Shown piece after piece: positions 25,302 through 31,949 of a DNA stretch of 32,000 bases (its first letter is position 1; the number at the start of each line of letters is the position of its first letter). The stretch comes from Okeanomitos corallinicola TIOX110 (lineage in GTDB: Bacteria; Cyanobacteriota; Cyanobacteriia; Cyanobacteriales; Nostocaceae): the NCBI RefSeq assembly GCF_038050375.1, contig NZ_CP150886.1:1063318-1095317 (forward strand). The letters are read 5' to 3'. The position numbers and the translations under genes were made by a program. The notes under the pieces were generated by a model, which was given only the letters and a program-made list of their open reading frames with translations, did no database searches and was not told the origin of the DNA.

Positions 25302-26717
25302 ATAGACAAATATCTCATGCCTTTCATTTGTCGGGAATAACCCCGACAGGGCGAACTACAACGCCCTCTATCCCTAGACTAAATGCTGTCGGGACTACTT
25401 TACGTAAAATATTCAAACTACCATTGACATCAGCATGAATCAATAAACCATTACCTGCTCTATAAAGTTTAGTTTTGATTCTGCGACCACTAAATTTCAC
25501 TTCTTTCGAGTCAACTTTGCCATAAGTAGGAATCACATCTTGGTCTAAAAAAGAAGCTACAGAAGTGTAGGACTCCTCAGAAACCAATACATTTATTCCC
25601 ACTAATTTCGCTTTATAACTCAACTGCTGTACAAATCGGCTATGAGGAATACAAACAAAGTTTTGATTATTTCTACTGCCCAAATTCCCATTCTGTTTCC
25701 ACAAGGAATTTTGACCTATTACTAAAGTCCCAATCCCACACTTGACTAAATGGTTAATAATTAAGCGACTGGCTTTATGCAGATAATCATCTACTCGAAA
25801 ATTCCGTTTTTTAGTTAAACTTTGTAGTCGTTTAGAGGTCTTTTGATGTGCAGGTAGTAAAGATTGTAAATTGGCTTTTCTTTGATTATAATAACGATTA
25901 ATTGATTTGATAATCCGCCCGGAAACCAGAACTGGTATAAATCCCGGCTGGTTTGATGTTAAGGTTGCTAGATTATCTATTCCTAAATCAATCGCTGCTA
26001 TGGAATTAGGGTCTAAACCATAATCTGTTTCCTCTTTTTCATAGACAACTTCTACTACATAATGGTCAATCTTGGGGACAATTCTTACTTGATTGAGATA
26101 ACAATAGTCTACTTTTGTAGGAATGTGAATCTGTGTTTGTGACAGATGAATCAACCCAGATTTCATTTTGGGTTTACTCACTGCTTGGGCTGTATAAACT
26201 AATAAATGTCTACCTTTTTCTTTGTGTTTATATTTAGGTAATTTCGGTCTACCTAAAAATTTGGATTTATCTTCTGCATAAGCTTTAATTGCTGCAAAAA
26301 AACTTAACCAGTTGCGATGTAGTCCTAATAATACTTGTTGGGCAACTTTGGCTGGTAAGACTCGGTATGGTTCTGTCGCTTTTAACTGTTTTGCTAAACA
26401 ATTGTAATCGAGGTATTTTTGAGTAAAGATGAAACTTTGGCGAATATGGAAGTTAGCATAATTGTAGAGGTTTTTGGCAGCAAAACATAATTTATCAATC
26501 TCCTGATAATGGGGATGATTTCTTTGAATGATATGCCGCTCGACTACTTGCATACACTAACTGGTTTCTATGAATATTCGCCCATATATACTAACATATC
26601 TTAGATCTGATAATGCACAAAATTCTTGCTCAGTTCTCTTTGCACAAGAAAGTCTATATGAGTTATTTTAGCTGACTTCTGTGTGATTAATGACTATAGA
26701 TGACTATATTTGTCTAT
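25302..26717 (-). mobile_element. Solo-tnpB insertion element (IS200/IS605 family, IS1341-like group); boundaries are tentative
   Basis: The tnpB ORF is flanked by a 12-bp inverted repeat: ATAGACAAATAT (25302-25313) and ATATTTGTCTAT (26706-26717). No tnpA is present. The right boundary coincides with the point where smc-like coding sequence begins. Confidence 0.45.
25324..26553 (-). CDS. tnpB: TnpB (OrfB) RNA-guided endonuclease-type transposon protein
   Basis: 409 aa. RuvC-like triad contexts AIDLGIDNLATL, VSEESYTS and IHADVNGSLNILRK. It belongs to the subgroup with SFLD in place of the CxxC zinc finger. Confidence 0.9.
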   Translation of the reverse strand: MQVVERHIIQRNHPHYQEIDKLCFAAKNLYNYANFHIRQSFIFTQKYLDYNCLAKQLKATEPYRVLPAKVAQQVLLGLHRNWLSFFAAIKAYAEDKSKFLGRPKLPKYKHKEKGRHLLVYTAQAVSKPKMKSGLIHLSQTQIHIPTKVDYCYLNQVRIVPKIDHYVVEVVYEKEETDYGLDPNSIAAIDLGIDNLATLTSNQPGFIPVLVSGRIIKSINRYYNQRKANLQSLLPAHQKTSKRLQSLTKKRNFRVDDYLHKASRLIINHLVKCGIGTLVIGQNSLWKQNGNLGSRNNQNFVCIPHSRFVQQLSYKAKLVGINVLVSEESYTSVASFLDQDVIPTYGKVDSKEVKFSGRRIKTKLYRAGNGLLIHADVNGSLNILRKVVPTAFSLGIEGVVVRPVGVIPDK

Positions 26718-26950
26718 AAATTCGGCGAAGTTTACCAATACTTTCGATGAAGTAGATATATTTTTAGATGGGGCAAACGTGGAAAGATTTAGCTAAAATG
26801 ATTAAACAACAAGAACAAGCACAACAGGCACAGTTTATTGTTGTCAGTTTGCGTCGTCCGATGATAGAATCAGCCGAACGCACAATTGGCGTAACTCAAG
26901 CTAGAGGTGCTTATACTCAGGTTTTGGGTATTAAGTTAAGTGACAGGTGA
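26704..26950 (+). pseudogene. smc: 3' remnant of chromosome segregation protein SMC, frameshifted
   Basis: One frame reads ...[17 protein letters not shown] (26743-26796). Shifting the frame by one nucleotide continues with [50 protein letters not shown], which is the Walker B/D-loop region and C-terminus of SMC. One extra T at about 26788 explains the shift. More than 1000 upstream codons are absent. Confidence 0.8.
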
Positions 26951-27010
26951 CAGGGAACAGGTAATAAATTGATTAATTACCCAATACCCAATACCAAATT
27001 ACCAATCACC
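26940..27010. repeat. Two STRR heptamer blocks (GTGACAG family, then AATTACC family)
   Basis: gtgacag gtgacag ggaacag gtaataa (26940-26967, covering the smc stop), then attaccc aataccc aatacca aattacc aatcacc (26976-27010). Confidence 0.85.
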
Positions 27011-27095
27011 TTAATTTTCTGTTAAAAATAGTTTATAGATAAACAGGATTCGAGATTGCCTACGGCACGCTAAGCGAACAGGACGACCTACTATA

Positions 27096-28094
27096 ATGAC
27101 CTCCGAGCAAATAATTAGACGTTCCGATATATTAAACACCCAAGTAATCACCCGCGATAATGGCAAAAGGCTAGGTATCGTGAGTCAAGTGTGGGTTGAC
27201 ATTGATCAAAGAGAGGTTGTGGCGCTTGGTTTGCGAGACAGCCTCATCTCTATCTCTGGTCTACCTCGTCAAATGTATCTTAACAGTATCAATCAAATCG
27301 GTGATGTGATTTTGGTTGATAATGAGGATGTGATTGAAGATATTGAAGTTGAAAGCCTTAGTAATTTGATGAACTGGGAAGTCATCACCGAAACTGGCGA
27401 AGTGTTAGGTAAGGTGAGGGGCTTTAAGTTTGATGGTGAAAGCGGTAAAATTTACTCTATAGTCATAGCCTCTTTGGGAGTTCCCCAAATACCCGACCAA
27501 TTTTTGAGTACCTACGAAATCTCAATAGATGAAGTTGTTAGTACCGGACCTAGTAGGTTAATTGTCTTTGAAGGTTCGGAAGAAAGGGTAAATCAACTAA
27601 CAGTAGGCGTTTTAGAACGTTTAGGTATTGGTAGAGCGCCTTGGGAAAGAGACTTAGAAGAAGAATATGGTTATTCTGCACCACGGACAGTTTCCCCAGC
27701 TAACCAACTACCCAGTGGAGTACCATTAGAACCCCCCCGGCCTAGAGTCCGCACTCCTGAACCTGTAGTACAGGAAGAAGAATGGACAGAAGACTATATA
27801 GAAGAAGAAAGACCCCAGCGTAGAACAATGGAAGCCCGTTATTACGAATCCATACAATACGAAGAGGAACAGGAAGAAGAAGATAACTGGAGTGAAGCGA
27901 CATATAAAGATAGATATCAAGAACCTCCAAAAAGATATGAACCTCAGCCTATCAACAACACATACTCTGACGAATATGATGAATATGATGATGATGTAGA
28001 AGGTGATGCTTGGGAAGATGCACCCAAACCTGTGAATATTCCTAAAAAGGTGAAGGAAAGACAAGTGGAATACGAAACAGAAGACGGATATTAA
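27096..28094 (+). CDS. PRC-barrel domain protein with a long acidic C-terminal tail
   Basis: 332 aa. Two PRC-barrel-like segments (ILNTQVITRDNGKRLGIVSQVWVD; NWEVITETGEVLGKVRGFKFD) and a C-terminal half rich in E, D, Y and P. Confidence 0.8.
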   Translation: MTSEQIIRRSDILNTQVITRDNGKRLGIVSQVWVDIDQREVVALGLRDSLISISGLPRQMYLNSINQIGDVILVDNEDVIEDIEVESLSNLMNWEVITETGEVLGKVRGFKFDGESGKIYSIVIASLGVPQIPDQFLSTYEISIDEVVSTGPSRLIVFEGSEERVNQLTVGVLERLGIGRAPWERDLEEEYGYSAPRTVSPANQLPSGVPLEPPRPRVRTPEPVVQEEEWTEDYIEEERPQRRTMEARYYESIQYEEEQEEEDNWSEATYKDRYQEPPKRYEPQPINNTYSDEYDEYDDDVEGDAWEDAPKPVNIPKKVKERQVEYETEDGY

Positions 28095-28103
28095 GTTTTT
28101 TGC

Positions 28104-28140
28104 ACCCCCTCTACTACTATTCAGAGGGGGTTAATTATTC
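28104..28140 (+). terminator. GC-rich hairpin terminator after the PRC-barrel gene
   Basis: CCCCCTCT (28104-28111) pairs with AGAGGGGG (28122-28129), followed by a T-rich stretch TTAATTATT. Confidence 0.5.
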
Positions 28141-28146
28141 AAATTT

Positions 28147-28194
28147 GATGTGGTTTGAGTGGGACAAAGCGAAGAATTTAATCAATATCTGTTA
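28147..28194 (+). pseudogene. Possible N-terminal relic of a BrnT-type toxin gene
   Basis: A 15-codon ORF, MWFEWDKAKNLINIC*, resembles the conserved BrnT start M-x-FEWDxxKNxxN. The rest of the gene is missing. Confidence 0.35.
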
Positions 28195-28270
28195 ATATTT
28201 GAAATCACGATTTTTATATTTTTAAAAACTTTACTTATTTACCTTTTTATATCATTAACAAACTGATGAC

Positions 28271-28494
28271 TAATTAGGGTTTGCTGATAAAGTCTTGTCG
28301 TGGAGACAGGTGACAGGTGACAGGTGACAGGTGACAGTTTCAAGAGTTGGATGGGAACTATTTTTCCTTGAAGCAGGAATTAAATGCAAGGTTTTTCAGT
28401 TCTCACCTCATCAAAGCTTGCATTTTTTGAAAGTCAAAATCGCTAAAATCGTTTACCTGTAATGTTTTGAGATTTATTCAGCAAGCCCTAATTA
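28271..28494. mobile_element. MITE-like segment bounded by about 21-bp imperfect inverted repeats and carrying an STRR block
   Basis: TAATTAGGGTTTGCTGATAAA (28271-28291) versus TTTATTCAGCAAGCCCTAATTA (28473-28494): reverse complements apart from one mismatch and one 1-nt indel. The internal STRR is ggagaca (ggtgaca)x4 at 28302-28337. The right arm covers the last two codons and the stop of the ROCO gene. Confidence 0.4.
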
Positions 28495-31121
28495 ACTGGT
28501 TTTAATGTAGAAGTTGGTTGTGGTGAAATTTCTGAAGCAGGAACACCCATGAAGAAAATTAGCAATACTAAAACAAATGCTGCAAATGCTCCTGTTGCTT
28601 TCACCTGAGTTTTATTCAAAGGGATTTTTGCTTCTAAACCAAGTTCACCTGAAAATAAATAACCTGCTATCCCAGCAAATGTTGCTGCTAAAAATCTCAC
28701 AATAGCTAGAGTACCACCTGTCATTAGTCTAGGATTGAGAACTAAGACAATAAAAGTAGTTAATACTCCTAAAGCCATAGCTAAAGCAATACCACGTTCA
28801 GCAGAAGAAATAGTTTGTTTTGGTTGTTTTTGTGGTTCTGGTGTTTCTGGTGGTGTCATGTCATTTCGCTTTGGTTGTGGTGATGTAGTTCTATTATATT
28901 CTCCAAGTCTGTAGTTTTCTTTTTTAGATTCAACACCATTTAACAAATCCCGTGCATCAAAAGTTTCTGTAAGTCCTTCAGGAATAAAGGGTAAACTCTT
29001 CTCTGCATAAATAAGTAAGTTTTGATAATCTGCAAAAAGATGAGGATGTCCGGGAATTGGTACTTTTTCCTTTGCTTGCAAACCTTTGAAAGTTTTATGA
29101 ATAGCATCAAATTGAGAACGAATTATTGCTAATAGTTCTTTGCGTGTGGAAATATTACCACTAATAGAAATAAAGATTTTCCGGTCTTCCTGGTCACTTT
29201 TGATTAATGCTCGACTATCTCTTTCTCTTAACACAATACCACTCCTCCACCAAGTTTGCTTCTCGGCTTTGTGGTGCATTCTCACAATAAAACGAGAGAT
29301 AATACTACCAGGTAAAACATTATAATGATATTGAAAACCTAAAACATTTTCCCATTCCCCAGTTGCAGGTTCTTCTTTCGGTAACAAATCAGGAATTAGA
29401 TATCTATCCCTATCATCTAATAGAAAACAAAGTTCAAACTTCTGCATCATTTCAATAATGAATTGTTTTTTATTGTCGGGATATTTAGAATTATCTAAAA
29501 TTCTTTGTAGTTGTTGATATTGTAAAATCCCCCGAAATTGAGTCATGAGCAGATTGTCATTGAGAATTTTGTACACACCATTTGTTACCCATTCTGGATT
29601 GAGAACAGAAGTATCTTGTACGCGGGGGTCTTCACGGAAATTGAGAACTATTCCTAAGCGATGCAGTAATTCAATTAGAGTAGATTGTTTAATTTCTTCG
29701 GTAATTTTTTCTTGCAGACAAATACTTTCATATTCATGATAAGCAATGTAATCCTTTTTCATTTCTTCCAGTTCTTGTTTCACCAGAAACCAACTGAGGG
29801 GTAATAAATCATAAATATCTTCTAATTTATCAATTTCGCGTTTAATGATTGATAATAATTTTTCTACACCATCTCCGGTTTTACTGGATATAGGTACTAT
29901 TTCTTTAATATTTTTGTATTTATTAAGTAAACCCTTTTGGTCAATATCCAATGGATGCTCATCAGTTTTATTCCCCACTAGGATAATTGGAGAATTACCA
30001 CCAAAGCTTTGAATCATTTTCAGCCAGTATTCCAGTCTATTTTGGTTTTCATCTTCACGAGCATTAATTACTAGCAAATAAAGACTGCGTTTGGTGAGAA
30101 AAAACTGGTGCGTAGCGTGCATGATTTCCTGTCCACCAAAGTCCCATACATTCAAGCGGATGGTTTGCTGATTAACTTCTAGATACCAATTTTGAATATT
30201 GATACCTTCAGTTTTACTTTCATTGGCATCAAACTTATTTTCAATCAGACGTTTCACCAGAGAAGTTTTCCCCACAGTTCCTTGACCGACCAGCAATACC
30301 TTAGCTTCGTTGAGTGGCTTTTTCTCCTCAGTTTGGAGAGAGAAATAGTAGCTAAAAATCTTCGCGGGGTCACCCAAATCATCCCCACTGCTACCTAAAA
30401 TTTCTGCGGGAATATTTAGCCGATTTTCACGCAAATCTAACCTTTTCAGGTTAGATAATTGTTGAATTTCTGCTGGCAAGGTCGTCAGTTGATTGTGACT
30501 GAGGTCAAGCTGAGTAAGTTTTGAGAGTTGACCTATTTCTGCTGGCAAGGTCGTCAGTTGATTGTTTCTGAGGTCAAGCCCACTGAGATTGGAGAGTTGA
30601 CCTATTACTGCTGGCAAGGTCATCAGTTGATTGTTACTGAGGTGAAACCATCTGAGGTGGGAGAGTTGACCTATTACTGCTGGCAAGGTCATCAGTTGAT
30701 TGTTACTGAGGTGAAACCATCTGAGGTGGGAGAGTTGACCTATTACTGCTGGCAAGGTCGTCAGTTGATTGTTACTGAGGTCAAGCCAGCTGAGGTGGGA
30801 GAGTTGACCTATTTCTGCTGGCAAGGTCGTCAGTTGATTGTCACTGAGGTAAAGCTGGTTGAGGTGGGAGAGTTGACCTATTACTGCTGGCAAGGTCGTC
30901 AGTTGATTGTTACTGAGGTCAAGCCAGCTGAGATTGGAGAGTTGACCTATTACTGCTGGCAAAGTCGTCAGTTGATTGTTACTGAGGTCAAGCTCGTTGA
31001 GGTTAGAGAGTTGACCTATTTCTGCTGGCAAAGTTCTTAACCGTTGACCAGAAAGGTTTAATGTTGTTGCTTGGTTTTTGGCAGCTTTTTGAATAATTTG
31101 CAGCAGTTGTTCATTAGTCAT
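28488..31121 (-). CDS. ROCO family protein: LRR (about 10 repeats), Roc GTPase, COR, and a C-terminal three-helix membrane domain
   Basis: 877 aa. 23-aa LRRs (LDLSNNQLTTLPAVIGQLSxLxx). Roc G1 GQGTVGKTS, G3 WDFGGQE, G4 GNKTD. A COR-like region of about 350 aa. The C-terminus has three hydrophobic helices (GIALAMALGVLTTFIVLVL, LAIVRFLAATFAGIAGYLF, GAFAAFVLVLLIFFMGV). Confidence 0.9.
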   Translation of the reverse strand: MTNEQLLQIIQKAAKNQATTLNLSGQRLRTLPAEIGQLSNLNELDLSNNQLTTLPAVIGQLSNLSWLDLSNNQLTTLPAVIGQLSHLNQLYLSDNQLTTLPAEIGQLSHLSWLDLSNNQLTTLPAVIGQLSHLRWFHLSNNQLMTLPAVIGQLSHLRWFHLSNNQLMTLPAVIGQLSNLSGLDLRNNQLTTLPAEIGQLSKLTQLDLSHNQLTTLPAEIQQLSNLKRLDLRENRLNIPAEILGSSGDDLGDPAKIFSYYFSLQTEEKKPLNEAKVLLVGQGTVGKTSLVKRLIENKFDANESKTEGINIQNWYLEVNQQTIRLNVWDFGGQEIMHATHQFFLTKRSLYLLVINAREDENQNRLEYWLKMIQSFGGNSPIILVGNKTDEHPLDIDQKGLLNKYKNIKEIVPISSKTGDGVEKLLSIIKREIDKLEDIYDLLPLSWFLVKQELEEMKKDYIAYHEYESICLQEKITEEIKQSTLIELLHRLGIVLNFREDPRVQDTSVLNPEWVTNGVYKILNDNLLMTQFRGILQYQQLQRILDNSKYPDNKKQFIIEMMQKFELCFLLDDRDRYLIPDLLPKEEPATGEWENVLGFQYHYNVLPGSIISRFIVRMHHKAEKQTWWRSGIVLRERDSRALIKSDQEDRKIFISISGNISTRKELLAIIRSQFDAIHKTFKGLQAKEKVPIPGHPHLFADYQNLLIYAEKSLPFIPEGLTETFDARDLLNGVESKKENYRLGEYNRTTSPQPKRNDMTPPETPEPQKQPKQTISSAERGIALAMALGVLTTFIVLVLNPRLMTGGTLAIVRFLAATFAGIAGYLFSGELGLEAKIPLNKTQVKATGAFAAFVLVLLIFFMGVPASEISPQPTSTLKPVN
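30470..31021. repeat. 69-bp tandem array (8 full units) encoding the LRRs; units 30608-30676 and 30677-30745 are identical
   Basis: The motif CTGCTGGCAAGGTC recurs at 30470, 30539, 30608, 30677, 30746, 30815, 30884 and 30953, exactly 69 bp apart. Two neighbouring units match at 69 of 69 positions. Confidence 0.95.
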
Positions 31122-31417
31122 GGGTAGGTCAACCGTTTCGCGGAAGTCAAAAATAAAAATTATTATTACCCCATTGGTGAATCAAGGGGTTTGTATGTTT
31201 ATTTGATTTAGTAACCACAGGAAAAACAGTTATTCGTTCTATTTTTTCACATTTGTAGCCATCCACATAATCATTGTTTTGTTATAGACATTATTAAATC
31301 TACTACCAGTTGCTGATACCAAGAATTGGTAGCACTTCACAAGCACTTGAAGTGTGAAGGTTGAGGAACTAAATAGTAAGCTGTTACGCAGCTAAATTTT
31401 ATAATCTTAATATTGTT

Positions 31418-31453
31418 AAGTCTTGTGGTGCGGGCATCTTGCCCGCTAGACTT
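31418..31453. repeat. GC-rich composite hairpin in an AT-rich spacer (probably a member of a dispersed small-repeat family)
   Basis: AAGTCT tgtggt GCGGGCA tct TGCCCGC t AGACTT. A related half-site, AAGTCTTGTCGTGG, occurs at 28290-28303. Confidence 0.5.
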
Positions 31454-31525
31454 ATACAAATTAAATGCACAACATCTTATAGGTTTTTATCAAGATTGGA
31501 TAGATTTGTATAAAATAATTGCCTA

Positions 31526-31554
31526 TTGACATAATATGCTAGTTTTAGCATACT
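31526..31554 (+). promoter_or_regulatory. Putative promoter of the toxin-antitoxin operon with an overlapping palindromic operator
   Basis: TTGACA (31526-31531), a 17-nt spacer, then CATACT (31549-31554). The palindrome TATGCTA-gttt-TAGCATA (31535-31552) spans the spacer and the -10 element. The start codon is at 31563. Confidence 0.4.
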
Positions 31555-31562
31555 AAAATTAC

Positions 31563-31949
31563 ATGACTGAAAAACAAGAAAAACCTCTCAAATGGATTGC
31601 AAGTGCGTTAGACGACTTGAAAAATTTCCCTGAAGATGTAAAAGACGTAATGGGTTATGCTCTTGACCTAGCACAGCATGGTCAAAAACACCCTGATGCA
31701 AAACCTTTACACGGTTTCTCAGGAGCAGGTGTTTTAGAAATTGTAGACGATTTTGATGGAGATACATATAGAGCAATTTATACTGTTAAATTTGAGGGTG
31801 TTGTTTATTTACTACATTCTTTTCAGAAAAAATCAAAAACAGGCATTGCTACACCAAAGCAAGATATAGAGCTAATAAAAAATAGGCTGAAAGAAGCTCA
31901 AAAAGATTATCAAAAAGAAATAGCTAGGAAAAACGGAGTCAAAAAATGA
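31563..31949 (+). CDS. RelE/ParE-superfamily toxin, HigB/Gp49-like (DUF891 type)
   Basis: 128 aa. KPLKWIASALDDLKNFPEDVK ... YRAIYTVKFEGVVYLLHSFQKKSK is typical of Gp49-like HigB toxins. It is followed by an overlapping HTH gene. Confidence 0.8.
   Translation: MTEKQEKPLKWIASALDDLKNFPEDVKDVMGYALDLAQHGQKHPDAKPLHGFSGAGVLEIVDDFDGDTYRAIYTVKFEGVVYLLHSFQKKSKTGIATPKQDIELIKNRLKEAQKDYQKEIARKNGVKK

Noticed and set aside
27030-27095. tRNA-like or dispersed-repeat-like string GGATTCGAGATTGCCTACGGCACGCTAAGCGAACAGG upstream of the PRC-barrel gene
   Set aside because: No cloverleaf can be drawn: there is no acceptor/T-arm pairing and no GTTCGAATC-type T-loop. It is probably just 5' UTR or a fragment of a dispersed repeat.
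27726-28064. 112-aa and 62-aa minus-strand ORFs rich in F, I and L
   Set aside because: They are antisense to the acidic (GAA/GAT-rich) tail of the PRC-barrel gene, a typical shadow ORF.
30528-31040. 170-aa plus-strand ORF with its own striking repeat (ELTYYCWQGRQLIVTEVKP...)
   Set aside because: It is the antisense reading of the 69-bp LRR array of the ROCO gene. The periodicity is inherited from the opposite strand, and the minus-strand frame has clear LRR, Roc and COR motifs.
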